Shown here: one piece after another, positions 36,961-50,192 of the stretch
How positions within the stretch are numbered: position 1 is the stretch's first letter
How the letters are laid out: every line of letters starts with the position of its first letter
Assembly: GCF_001194135.2 (NCBI RefSeq)
Contig: NC_068982.1
Span: forward strand, 175,279,717-175,343,716
Reading direction: 5' to 3'
DNA: 64,000 nucleotides
From: Octopus bimaculoides
Taxonomy: Eukaryota
Program-made: the position numbers and the translations under genes
Notes under the pieces: model-generated
Told to the model about the DNA's origin: nothing
The model's database searches: none
What the model saw: only the letters and a program-made list of their open reading frames with translations

Positions 36961-37277
36961 AGCAACAACGTAAATCATCAGGACAACTCAACTGGATGAG
37001 AGAGAGAGAGAGAGTAGGATTAAAACTATTTTTATTTTTGACGAAATTCTACAAGTTTTCGCTTGGTTAATTTAATACATTAGGCTGACAGTTCAAATCC
37101 TCTATGAATAATGGTCTTGTTTCCCAAATTATAGATAGCTTAAAAAATTTAAGAGCAAGTGCACGAAATAGTTAAAGAATATTTCGTTAGATTAAAGTGT
37201 TGAGTTTAAATCTTGATTTGATAGATTCTTTCTAGTTTTAAGTAATGAAATTATCCCCGCCTTAAATAATTCCCGAT

Positions 37278-37652
37278 GTGAAGGCGCAATGGCCCACTGG
37301 TTAGGGCAGTGGACTCGCGGTCATAGGATCGCAGTTTCGATTCCCAGACCGGGCGTTGTGAGTGTTTATTGAGCGAAAACACCTAAAGCTCCACGAGGCT
37401 CCGACAGGGGATGGTGGCAAACCCTGCTGTACTCTTCCACCACAACTTTCTCTCACTCCCTGTTTCTGTTGTGCCTGTAATTCAAAGGGTCAGCCTTGTC
37501 ACACTGTGTCACGCTGAATATCCCCGAGAACTTCGTTAAGGGTACACGTGTCTGTGGAGTGCTCAGCCACTTGCATGTTAATTTTACGAGCAGGCTGTTC
37601 CGTTGATAGGATCAACTGGAACCCTCGACGTCGTAAGCGATGGAGTGCTAAC
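37278..37652 (+). mobile_element. tRNA-derived SINE family C, full-length copy 2 with a 14-bp TSD
   Basis: TSD AAATAATTCCCGAT at 37264-77 and 37653-66; tRNA-like head GGCGCAATGGCCCACTGGTTAGGGC..TTTCGATTCCC. Confidence 0.93.
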
Positions 37653-37919
37653 AAATAATTCCCGATATCAGTAGAATCACTACATGTGAAATACTTTCAA
37701 TGTGAAAAAAAAAAGAAAAGAATAAAGAAAAACAACTGCTGTTAATGTTGGATAGAGACAGTTGACTGAATAAAGTGCAATGCTTTATCACTAAGCGACA
37801 TTTTATCCGTCTTTACGTTTTGAGTTTAAATTCCTCTGAGGTCGACTATACCTTTCATCCGTACGTGGTCAGTATAATCGACTTGGCCCATTCTCCAAAC
37901 ACTTTTTTTAGTCGTTCAC

Positions 37920-39365
37920 AAGTATTTCTTTATTAGCCACAGGGGCCCAACATAGAAGGGGCGGCACAAGGACAAACAACACAACGTGGGGACATAAAAA
38001 CATAGACGATTGAATGAAATGAATTATAAAATAGATGAGGATGAAATGGCTACTTGTACCCCACTATGGATTAGACCATTTGACTGCTTTTCTTTTTTTT
38101 TTACATTATTAATCAATTTTAGTATCAAAAATTACTTTCGCCATATGGTTTTAAGTCCTCATATTCCATCACCGGAGGTAGAGTGTCATATCTCACCTCC
38201 TGTCCTAGTGGGTCTATGTTTTATTAAAATTCTTCTTGTAATTGCTTATAGTTTTCTCTGTCAATAGCAGCACATTTCATGTCTTCTAGGTAATCTTTTT
38301 CTGGCATATTCACTTTTATTATAGTTTTTATTTTATTTAACTTCTTCTCAGTTGCCGAGCTCTTTGTATAGATCATCAAATATGTCTTGTTTCTATGCTC
38401 AGCCAGTGAGGTATGTCTGTTTGTGTGTCTGTATACCAACTGGGAGAAGCTGGGTTGTTTGCGGTGATGGTTTTTTTCTGAGGTGTTTGCATTGGTGAGG
38501 TTGGTGTGTCATCTGTCTGTTTTTTCTGTGTGTTGTTCAATATCCACCGTCTTTGTTTTTTGGTCTTTTTTGGAGGCGATTGTTTTGGTTCCTTCCTCTT
38601 TCTGCTTGGAACTTCCTGGTATTCTTCAACCGTATGTGTTATTTCGGTGTTTTTAACGTCGTTCTTTTTCTCATCCCGGTTTTCCTCCTCAGGCATTTCA
38701 TTCTTGATTTGAGGACAATTTGCTTTTATATTTCCCCTCCTCCTACAGTGGTAGCAAGTGGGAGGTCTTCTCCTCTACCACCACTCGTAGCTTTACATCT
38801 TCGGGCAGCTCGATTTCCTCACATATCTCTTCCAGATCTTGTTGGGTGGTCTGGATTGTAACTTCCAATCTATAGCCCCATCAGTTCATCTGCTTTGTCC
38901 TTGTTGCATGCAGTATTGTTGGGTTTTCGTTCGTACCCGTCAATATTGCAGCTATCAGCCACATTTCAGCTATCTCAGGGGGCACCCAGCCAATTCTCAC
39001 TCTCACAACATGCTTGTCGAGATAGGTTGGCAGGAGCACCCATGCCTCCGTCTTCAATGGCATCGTGGAATGCTTTATTGCCTCCTTTATGGGGGCAAAA
39101 CACACATCCACTGTGCCGAAAATCTTCCTTTACTGTAGAATATTGTCATTGATTCCTTGGAGGCAACTTTCTATTGTCTCCTCACTCGCTATCTCAATTT
39201 TGCTGTTTTCCAAGGACATGTTTCTGTATGTCACCATTTTTGTTTTTTTTTAATGGTAACAACTTCAGGCGGGGTGGAGGCGTCAACTTCAACCTTGATC
39301 CCTCCCTCTGTATTGTCTGCTTTCCCCTAAATAGGGGGAAAACAACAAATAAATATCACGGCCTG
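37920..39365 (-). mobile_element. ORF1-only non-LTR element (Tx1/L1-like gag-type ORF1 + 3' tail, no ORF2)
   Basis: ATG at 39237 (MVTYRNMSLEN..), continuing through stops and a frameshift to RPPTCYHCRRRGNIKANCP (38714-38756) and a K/T/Q-rich low-complexity tail ending ~38376. AATAAA-containing tail at ~37921-37990. The 5' boundary is approximate. Confidence 0.65.
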
Positions 39366-42300
39366 TAGGCAAAACAGTTATAATTTTCATTAGATCAACA
39401 ATTAATTTAACAAGAATACTCAACTGAAAAAATCGTAGCGAAACCCATTCTCCAAATTTGCTGTCCTTTTACAAGAATTTGAATCGAATATTAATTTCTG
39501 GAGGTATAAATCTCAAGTAGGATTTGAACTGAGATCACCTAGTTTTGCAGCTAAATACTTTGAGGTCTACCATTTCTGTCAACCAATCACAAAATTTCAT
39601 TTCTAAATTCGGCTTGAGTCAGTATGTGAAGAATATAATCAATTAAGCTGGCTTCCCTATATCCTGGCATGTGTTTTATTAAGCTCTGGAGGGATAAACA
39701 GCAAATTCTGGTCAATTTAAACTCTAAACACAAAATGCTGCGTCAAATCAAGGTAATTATGAACATGTTTCTGCTGTTTTGCCACCTTCCCTTGTCTGGT
39801 ATTACTAATATTATTTGTTATTATCATTGTTTATATCTATTTTTTTATTCGTGCTCCTACAGTTTTTAATGTATTCGTACCGTCTCACAAAATAGTCAAT
39901 ACATTCATGATAAAAAAAAATAATAAAATCGAATCAAATTAAGTGCTTCATTAGCAAGCAATAATGAGTTAAAATCCTCTTATGAGTGTCATTAAAGAGT
40001 GTGAAGTGCTTCACTTATTTGCCTTAGATATAATATTTAACAGCCTTTCAAACTAACAACACATTGATAAAATAGTGTATTATAAATCCACGCTTTCTCT
40101 TAGGAGCAAATATGTACTTCGACTCTGAGTCGGTTGCTGATATATTAGAAGGTAGAAGTGGAAACTTCATCATCCAACGAATAAGAAAAATCTTTTGTAT
40201 ACTGAAATCTCTTTTAATTCACAGAAATCTGTTTTCAACTGAGTTATTTCTATTTCGTCATCAATTTCCTGTTAACTGAACTAAAAAAAACTAACTATAT
40301 ACTAATGTCATCCAAATCCATCTATTAATACACTCTCCTTTCTTTCTTTAACCATCCTTCCTGTCTCACCTCACAAACCCAGCACTGTACACTGTTCTAT
40401 GCTTATTAACATAGAACAGTACCCTTCAGAACGCTATTCCAAGAAACGTTTTTATACACCTCCACCGGCAGAAGTTCGAAGTGAATATCGGACCTATAGA
40501 TCCCATTAGCGTAGGTAGGCGTCTAAAGGTTTCAAACGTTATCTATTCTCCCGGTATGAAAATAATGAATTCTACAACAGGTTCGGCACGAGAAATTTTA
40601 GGAGAGAGAAGTTTTATCAACTGGAGAAAAAGCAAAGCAAAGTTGACATCAGCGACATTTGGACTCAAAACAAATATTCGTAAAAACAATGCACTTTGCC
40701 AGACGTTTCTGGCAGCCATTACCCGCCTGCGACTAAATAATTGGGAGGGAAAAAAAAGACATCAAATTGCCACAAGAATGCCCCATCTAAGTTAGAAAAA
40801 GTAGCCAAATTTCATTTAAAGCACGTCTTGCTATCTTTAAAAAAAGGAAGGTTGCACCGAATAATTAAGTTTAGAAAATGAGTCGGGGTAATTACGTTAG
40901 AAATGATTCTGAACATAGATCCACTCGTTCGGCGGCCAGCACGAAAAAAAAAAGACACAAAAATATGACCAAATATACAGACTTTATTTCCTAAAGAGCC
41001 TATAAAGGACCATTCGGTGAGTTAAAATGACAAATTTTCTTTGTTATACTACGGTTTCTAAACACGGACTCTTTGGATAATGGAATCGTGTATGTAAATA
41101 TGACGAGGTGGTTATGGTTGGAATGCTTTAGAGTATAGGTCTGCTTAAACAGGGCTAACCTAGTCTCAAAAAATATGTAATATTTCTGGTTTAAATTAAT
41201 TTTACAGAGGTTATCGCTATATTCCCTATTGTGCCAAACTGTATATGTTGTTAGTATTGATCCCAAAGAAAATAGAGAAGGTTAAGACAACCTCAGAGGC
41301 GATCAACTTACCAAAACAAGACCCTACAACATATCCTATGTTAATTAATCACTAGGTAATGAGAAAACTTATTTATCTCACGCAATTCTGACAAATTTGA
41401 GTCAGCCAAATATCCAATCCTTGTACTTTGTAATTCGCTTTCTCTAATAAGATTCAGTCACTGATGTAAAACTATCCCTTTCCACGATACTTGATGATAT
41501 TTGATATCGAAGAGATTAATATAATCTTTAGATATCAATTAGTCATTTTTTTAAACGATGATTTTAATCTCTCTCTGTCTCTCATTTCTTCACAAACTTT
41601 GGTACTTCACTCCATCCTATGGAGGAAGAAATTTTTTGGACGTACTGAAAATAGCAGCTGTATCTCTATACTCTTCGGCGTACAATATTCCCGAAACAAA
41701 AAAATGAAGACATGGCTTTGAACACTCGTGTTTACGGATGTGTTCGATCAACACCGACCTAGTGTTTAACAGCAACAACGACAGATTTGATATAGATAAA
41801 CTGTACACAAGCCTGCCTCTGTGTGTGTATGTAATCATACATATACATAGATGAACATATATATATCCGGTAATGCAGCTGAGTATTTAATTATAATAGC
41901 CATTTATGTATCGTACTTAAAGTGAACACATAGAGATATACAAAGACTCGTCTCAGGAGCGGCAAGCGAGAGCGCTAGATGCATTCAGGCCTTTATGGGT
42001 CTATTCAGTGGTGCGTACTCTCTTTGATAGTTGTTTTTAAGTCTATAAGAGATCATAAGGGATGTTATCTCAAGACAAATACTGCAGTAAGTGGCGATCG
42101 ACCTCCTGATTATATACTTACACACATGCACACACACAGTGCTTGTGTAAGTATATAATCAGGTGTGAAAGACGAATGCATAGCTGTTTCGTAATTTTTT
42201 ACATGCAGTATCATTAACGTCGACACCCTAATTTATATACGTATATGAACACATCTTTATGCACACTCGGCATTATCTATACTATAATAGAGAAAGCTGC

Positions 42301-42804
42301 TTATTAATAAGGTATGTAACAATTACTAAAAGAAAGCAATTATTAATGGATTGACTGCCTTTTTTATTTTTTTTTCTCTGTAATTTCAGCTCAGAGCTGC
42401 GGCCATGCTGATGCACCGCCGTTAAATATTGTCTGGGAATATTTTTATAAATTCATGTTCTAAAAAATTTCCTATAATTTCGATTTGTCAAATACCTCAT
42501 TTTTTAAATTCCAATTTCTCGCAAATTTAAATATTCATTGCCATTCGCTGCGGAGTATTCCATTCTCATCTGCAAAGTCTCTCACTTTCTCTTTTTAAGT
42601 TTTCATTCGCTATTTGGAAAACCGACGGTTTATTCTAGTAATGTATACGTAATCTATTATTTATTGAATGAAAATTTAAAAAATAACCGTATAATTTTTG
42701 AACACTGGATAGCTGTGAGAAAAGCCTAGGAAGTTGGGTAATTACTATTAGAAGACGAGGTGAAAAAAGTTAACAAGTACTCGAAACTTGCACCTTATTC
42801 AGTT

Positions 42805-44735
42805 TAAATTCTTTATTGCTTACCAGAGGCCAACACAGTGGGGGGGGGGGCAATACAAATAGACTAGGGGATCAAGGATGATTATAACATAAATGACAAA
42901 ATAATAAAAATTTATGAAATAAAACGAATGAAATACAGCACAATGGAGTGGAAGCCGGGTTCAGCTTCGACCCCGCAAGCCCCGGTCCGCCACTGTAGCC
43001 TTGCCTTACTTCTATGGCTTACATTCAAGAGGGATCACTTATTCTCAGTTTTCGTGCGACATCCTTCCATCTTTTTTCATATGTATCACGCGACAGACAC
43101 CTCTTTTCCAGTCTTATTTTCCTTTTAAGGTGAAAAACAAAAAGGCTNNNNNNNNNNNNNNNNNNNNNNNNNNNNNNNNNNNNNNNNNNNNNNNNNNNNN
43201 NNNNNNNNNNNNNNNNNNNNNNNNNNNNNNNNNNNNNNNNNNNNNNNNNNNNNNNNNNNNNNNNNNNNNNNNNNNNNNNNNNNNNNNNNNNNNNNNNNNN
43301 NNCTTGCAAGTTTATCGCAAACTCGTAAAGCACCACGGTAACATTGCCAAGCCAAGAGACTTTTGGAAATTATCCATAGGCCCCAGCCCGAATGTTCTTC
43401 GGAACAGGCCGGTGAGTTCAGTATCGTCGAGGCCCAGGGTCTCCCCAGGACGTCGTCGCACTTGCCCTCTACTAACCCTCTATAAAAGGACGAGGTAGAA
43501 CCCCCGCCGCTGGCATTACCCGTGTAAGAGAAGCGCACGAGAGCCTGACGACACTAGGGTTGCTATGCTTCCAACCTTGGTCTACGCTTGATCCCACGGT
43601 TCCAGTTCACCGAAGCTAGAAAACCTGGGAAGCATCGGTTTAACGAACGGAGACTACACCTGTTCACCATCCAGGTAGAGCCACAGATGTCTCAACCTCA
43701 GCGTATGTCTGCCCATCAACAGCTAAGGTATCCCTAGCCCACCCTTTAGCAGCAGATAGAGCGCCTTACAAAAAGCGGAAGAGCAAGCTCTCCTGCACAG
43801 TTAGCCACGAAGTGGGGCAAGGCACGACGGTTAGGCAGTAAGTAGGTGATCACATGCGATAAACACATTTGTGACATCCGCCCTCCATTTCAGGGATAGC
43901 TACCGCTCGGATCAGGTTCGAGTTAGGAAGGTTACCCTGCCTACCACCTCACTCCATCTATCTGGAGGTCCAGTCCGAACCAGACCCAAGCATTTTAACC
44001 TGTCCCACCGTCCAACGTCCGACGACGCTTGCTGGGTGGCATCGTCTTGCCCCCTCCAGGTGCTGAGTTGCAAGCCGACCGATTTCTCCCTGTTAATTTT
44101 TGCTCCTGCCGCCACCTCATAAACCTTAATGGCCGCACCTACCCTTTGTAGGTCTACCTCGAATACGATGATGGTGACGTCATCCGCATACGCCTAAATC
44201 GATTTTCCGCAACCTAGATCACACGAGACGCCTCTCATCTCCCCCAATTTCCGCAGCAAAGGCTCAAGAACCAATACATACAGGAGGGGAGAGAGGTGAC
44301 ACCCTTGACGTACGGAGCGCTTGATTAAGAACGGTTTCGAGAAGAACCCGTTTACCCAAACGATCGAATCGATGTTGCTGTAAAGAGTAATGATTCAACT
44401 GAGAAAGGTCGGGCCCAACTCGACTGCCGCGAGGGTCGACACCAGATACCGATGGTCAACCCTATCAAAAACTTTAGATTGGTCTGAATGGACCAAGGTC
44501 CCACCCTTGCGAGGAATCCTGTTCACACTTTCTAATATATAGCGTATAAGGTGAAGATTGTCGTGCATGGATCTGCCTTGAATGGCACGCGTTTGTGCCT
44601 CCCCGACAATTCCACCCACGGCACGCGCCAACCTTTTTGCTAATACCTTAGCCAAAATCTTCAGATCTACGTTAAGCAGAGTGAAGGGCCGAAAATTGTC
44701 GATTAAGTGCCCCTTGCTTGGGTCCTTTCTAAGCA
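42805..44735 (-). mobile_element. 5'-truncated Tx1/L1-clade LINE (ORF2 RT to C-terminus + 3' UTR)
   Basis: NFRPFTLLNVDLKILAKVLAKRL, DQSKVFDRVDH, VRQGCHLSPLLYVL, YADD (44179-44190), AGAKINREKS. ORF2 ends at 43025; AATAAA at 42812-17; spans a gap. Confidence 0.92.
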
Positions 44736-44966
44736 GTGTCACAATTAAAATTAAAAAATAACCGAAAATGCTCTTTCCATAGTTTTGAAGTATAAAAAAA
44801 AAATTGGTCAAAATAGGTCCGGAGTGGGATGATGAGGGAGGGGTGTAAAAAAAAAAAGAGTTTACAAAACTTTTTCATACAAAGATGCCACCCCACCCAT
44901 CCATCATTTTGAAGGCTGTGGTTTAGAAAAAAATGAGGAAATCACTGACAATATATATATATATAT

Positions 44967-45130
44967 AGGCGTAGGAGTGGCTGTGTGGTAAGTAGCTTGC
45001 TTATGAACCACATAGTTCCGAGTTCAGTCCCACTGCGTGACACCTTGTGCAAGTGTCTTCTACTATAGCCTCGGGCCGACCAAAGCCTTATGAGTGGATT
45101 AGGCAGACGGAAACTGAAAGAAACCCGGCA
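44967..45130 (+). mobile_element. SINE family A (CORE-like), 5' half
   Basis: AGGCGTAGGAGTGGCTGTGTGGTAAG..GTTCAGTCCC..CCTTGTGCAAGTGTCTTCTACTATAGCCTC (CORE-like CCTTGGGCAAGT). Confidence 0.88.
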
Positions 45131-45164
45131 CTATTTCCACAAAATGTATAAATTATATACTCTC

Positions 45165-45454
45165 TCTCTTTACTCTTTTACTTGTTTCTGTCATTTGACT
45201 GCGGCCATGCTGGGGCACCGCCTTTAGTCGAGAAAATCGACCCCAGGACTTATTCTTTGTAAGCCTAGTACTTATTTTATCGATCTTTTGCCGAACCGCT
45301 AAATTACGGGGGACACACCAGCATTGGTTGTCAAGCGAATTTGGGGGGACAAACACATACATACATACATACATACATGTGTGTGTGTGGGACTGAACCC
45401 AGAACCATGTGGTTGGTAAGCAAGCTACTTACCATACAGCCACTCCTTCGCCTA
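45165..45454 (-). mobile_element. SINE family A, internally deleted (65-nt head joined to (TATG)n + 3' half)
   Basis: Head is the reverse complement of 44967-45032; tail matches 16465-16660. Confidence 0.85.
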
Positions 45455-46137
45455 TAAATAATCATTTATTATAAGTCGTTAATTACACTTTATAATTAGG
45501 GCCAAAGTCAACCAAATCAAAATCATTCATTTCAGGTTATTAAACACGAAGGCTCAGACATTTAACTAAAAGGAAATTTAATGTTTTGACATTAATGCTT
45601 TTCTGAGTTGACTCTGAGCTAAATCAATTAATAGAGCTTCAAACGCAAATTGAACCGAGTTTCAGTCGTGTCGAGCAGAACCAACCGTCACTCTGCAGTA
45701 CTCGATTGTTCATTATTTCTCTTTTTGTCTCACCTTGTCTCCATCTCTACTCTATGTAATATATCTAATTTATATCTTCGTGTATGTATGCATGCAATCA
45801 GGCATCTTAGTTTTCTTTCTTAATTCTTACGTCTTCATTAAGGTTCTCTAGGTCCTCCCTTCACTTTCACGACATCAAACCCGCAAACCCGTCTTTTCTC
45901 TATAAATCAGCCAACCGCTCAGATAACCTACCACTTCATCATATTGGCTACATAGCAGAATTGGTAATTTCATAGCTGAGATCAGTTTGTCAGGTGAAAG
46001 GCGTGAAGCTGATGGATGGAATCGGTAACTAAATACATCCGGTCATCAGTATTTGGTTAAATAAGGGAAAGAAAGAGGGAAGAGAGAAAAAAGAGTAAGG
46101 TGCAAGCTATGCAGATTCACACACACACACACACACA

Positions 46138-46200
<63 letters not shown>

Positions 46201-47514
46201 NNNNNNNNNNNNNNNNNNNNNNNNNNNNNNNNNNNNNNNNNNNNNNNNNNNNNNNNNNNNNNNNNNNNNNNNNNNNNNNNNNNNNNNNNNNNNNNNNNNN
46301 NNNNNNNNNNNNNNNNNNNNNNNNNNNNNNNNNNNNNNNNNNNNNNNNNNNNNNNNNNNNNNNNNNNNNNNNNNNNNNNGAGATAGAGAGTAGTTGGTGA
46401 ATGATTATAGATGTGAAAGGAAAGTGTCAGAAATGTGAATGAAAGAAAGATTAATATTGCGCAAAAGGAGAGAAAAATTACGACAGAACAAAAGAAAAAA
46501 TGTGATAATTTGCAATAATTTTTTTTAAATAGTTGTTTAAAGGAAGGGATTGGCTCACCATTTTCTACGTAGGTTCTCCTAATACAGAAGAAAGTAAGTA
46601 GAAAAAGGCACAATGTGAAAATAGAGAGACCGAAAGAATATGAAATAGAAGTTGAACAAGAAATTGGTAAAGAAAGTTTATAAGTGAGATCAGAATGGGA
46701 ACCGAACTACGTTGAGGATTTTTTTTTGTTTTTGGCTGAGAACAACCCAATAAATGTACCTTAACTTGGTCTGGCTGGAACAATTATGTACAAAAAGTTC
46801 TTCGATCAGGCCCGGCCTGGGGTTAAACTAAAATAAGCAAGGAACCAAAACAAGAAAGGAGAAAGAAATAGATGAAAAAGATGGAAAACGGTGATGAAGA
46901 GTGCAAGTGAGAGTGCGGAAAGGGAAAGAAAGATGTGTAAAAAAAATGGGGGGTGAGAATGGCAGAAAGAGCACAAAAAAAAAAAAAAATGGAAAGGCAA
47001 AACAGAAAGTAGGGGGAAGTCACTCACAGAACTATTGGAAATGTGTAATGTAATACGACCTATCACATGGTTGGGTCGTCCGCAATTAACCGGTAAAAAG
47101 AGCAGTTTTTGTGGGACAACCTGCCGGACGAAAAACAATACCTGTCAAAGGGTGATTAAGTTACCAACATCTGGAAGGAGGAAACCACTAGAATTTGCTT
47201 AAAAATTTCCCTAGAAGGAAAACTTTGACAATACTTATGACTTCGCATGTAGCCATTATAAATGTATATCTATAAGTAATTAAAATAATAGGGTAAGAAA
47301 ATTGATATTAATTAATATCAATTTAATACCAAAAAACAAGCACATATTTGTATGTATGTATGTATGTATGTGCGTCTATATACATAAGTACATGAATGTG
47401 TGTGTGTGTGTGTATATATGTATATATATTATAATAATAAAGTGTAAAAATCATGATTTTACCGGGGAATCAGCGCGGAAATAAAAACCTTATAGGTAAA
47501 TTTTACAAATATTT

Positions 47515-47914
47515 TATAATTATATACATAATTATAACAAGGGATTGGCTATAAGCCTCTCCACGCGCTGAAAAATAGACGCCAAAAGACACTATTACCA
47601 CCTTAAAATCTCCGAGAATAACACACTGGGTTGTAGGTGAGCAAAAGAAAGATAATGAACTAAACTTTTGGTTAACCGTATACAAGATCCTGTTTTAAGC
47701 TTAAAGTAAAAAAAAAAAAAAAATAACCTACTGCTCTCATCAGCAACGGTATTCCATAGCATAAATTTACGAATATCCACAAATACGCATGCAAACGGCG
47801 TCGTCACACCCAGTATGTTATTTTAAGGTGGTAATAGTGTCTTTTGGCGTCTATTTTTCAGCACGTGGAGGGGCTTATAAACAATCCCTTGTTATAATTA
47901 TGTATATAATTATA
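47515..47914. repeat. 400-bp inverted-repeat element (95-bp arms), MITE-like
   Basis: 47515-47609 and 47820-47914 are reverse complements with ~5 differences; ~210-bp spacer. Confidence 0.9.
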
Positions 47915-47984
47915 TATATATATATGTAATGTGTGTATGTTAACATACTAGAGCTCCTTAATATATACATATAACAGCTGATAA

Positions 47985-49095
47985 CTTAATTTTCATTTTT
48001 GTTTTGGGTTAACCCATTAACTAAGAGAACCAAAATAAGCTTTGAAGAAAAGAAATTCCCCCAAAAGTGCAAGTGGAAGATTGAAAACGCAGTTGAAGTG
48101 CTAAGACAGTTTATGAGGGACTTTCAAACAGATCTACTGACGTTATTTACCATCATTCGAATTAGAGATATGTTTGAAGCGGACGGAACTGTTCAGAATA
48201 TCCATGAGAAATATTTCAAAAGACCATGGACATTGCTAAGTTCCATGAATCAAGAAAGGTTACTGGAAAGTTTGTTCGGCAAGCAAGTCGTGAGACAGAG
48301 ATTTTAAAATCAAGCATTCCTCACATTTCGAAGTTCTGTAATGCTCTCAAGGCTGATAACCCAAACTGAAGAGTGGAGTTTTGCGAGTGGTGCTTGACAA
48401 GACGTGTTGGTGCACACTTTCCAACAAAACCTGTGTGCAATGATGAGGCAACGTTTAAAGTGATTCAACCGCCACAACTACATCTCTGCATATTACGGTG
48501 GAACATCATGTTAATTTTCCAGGAGTTACAGTATGGTGCAGCTTATCAGCAAAAGAATTGGACCATTCTTTTTTCAGTGTATTATGATTGGTCCCGTTTA
48601 CTTGAACTTACTGCACCAGTCTTTCAGGACAAGCACTCAAGAACGATTTTGAAGAATGTGGACTTTTATTTCCAGCAAGATGGAGCACCCCACACTATCA
48701 TAATAATGTATGGGCTTTGATGAAATTTTTTCAAATAGGTGGATTGGACAAAGAACTTGAGTAGAATCCCCTCCGCGTTCACTGGACTAGATTTTTGTTT
48801 TACGGGGATTCTTAAAAGATAAAATTTTCTGTATAAAAACAGCAACGATCGACGAATTGAACCAAGCCAGTGAATGATAATTCGCTCGAATACCAAACAG
48901 TTTTTGTTTGCAATTCCATTCCTTCATGTTATTGCTATGCCTGTGCCAGAATGGCCATCAGTTTGAAAACAAATGTTCATAAAAAATTAAATTCTTCCTA
49001 AGATTCTATTAAATTTTGAAAATTAAATATAATCGTCTATACGCTGAGTTTGTAATCATATGACAAGTGTATACATTTTTAGGGGACACTCTGTA
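47985..49095 (+). mobile_element. Tc1/mariner remnant, maT (DD37D)-like
   Basis: FTIIRIRDMFEADGTV (HTH), CNDEATFK, FQQDGAP, WIG..PPRSLD..FF..GILK; right TIR ..TTTTTAGGGGACACTCTG-TA ending at 49093-95. Left TIR not found. Confidence 0.75.
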
Positions 49096-49130
49096 TGCAC
49101 GTATGCATATATATTTATGTGTGTCTGCCT

Positions 49131-50082
49131 CAGTGGTTCCCAAACTTTTCATCATTCAGGACCTTTTGTATTTAAATGAATTTTCAGGTGGACCCCCAAG
49201 CTTTTCAGAAGTTTATTTACTCCACAATCTGATATTTATTAACTAACAAGAAGCTTGTTTTACTGGTTTCACCTCTCAGTTGAAAGATATATGAAATTAG
49301 AAAATGGCAGTAGTAAAAAACTTTACTTGGTTTATGAAAGGTTTGAATCTGTTTTATTGATACTGTAACCTGGATTTCGGGCATAATGGCAGACCGTTTT
49401 ATTAGGAGATAAAATCACATGTCCAGGTTTCTGTATTTAAATTTTATAAAAAGCAGCTGGGAGAAATCCGACTCTCATAAATAATTGGAAATGGTATGAA
49501 ATGTTTCAATGATTCGGACTCGAATTCTAGCTGCTCATTTTTCACATGGAACCAAATATGTCTGCTAAATCGTACCAAATGAAACTTGGCACTAAAGTTC
49601 AACAAGACTATTTCTTTCTCATTTGAAGTAAAATATTTTACAGTTTTTAGATTTATGAGATGGTCTAGAATACAATTGTTATTAGTATCTGATGAGGGAA
49701 ATAAACCATAAAACTTTTTTCAAATGTTTTGTTATTTCTCCAGAGAAGTCCTCATTAGATGCTGCAAGGAAGTTTGAGTATCACTAGGATTCAAACACGC
49801 CACTCTACAGACGTTCAGACGACAAGTCTTATTTCATAATCGTGGTTTCCTCTATCTTCAACTTTAAAAATCGTTACAGGAGCACCCTCAAAAGTAAGTC
49901 ATTGACGTACGTAAAAATATTAGATTTATATGCTCCCTTAGTTAGCTACAAAACGTTATTGAATTCATATGAAATGATTTTTCGTATAAAAAGAACCAAG
50001 TAGTTTACTGTAAGACGATCAACGTACTTTGGAAAGCAAGAGCAATTGTTCATAGGCACTGCCCATCTCCTTTCTCTCTCTT

Positions 50083-50131
<49 letters not shown>

Positions 50132-50148
50132 CTCTCTCNNNNNNNNNN

Positions 50149-50192
<44 letters not shown>

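Noticed and set aside
46806-47138. Minus-strand 110-aa ORF with a possible GTGAGT donor near 47025
   Set aside because: Composition comes from a purine-rich low-complexity tract; no protein motif and no partner exons.
49686-49715. CTGATGAGGG..ACC as a hammerhead core
   Set aside because: No GAAA after stem II and no stem I/III pairing; it lies within the hAT remnant.
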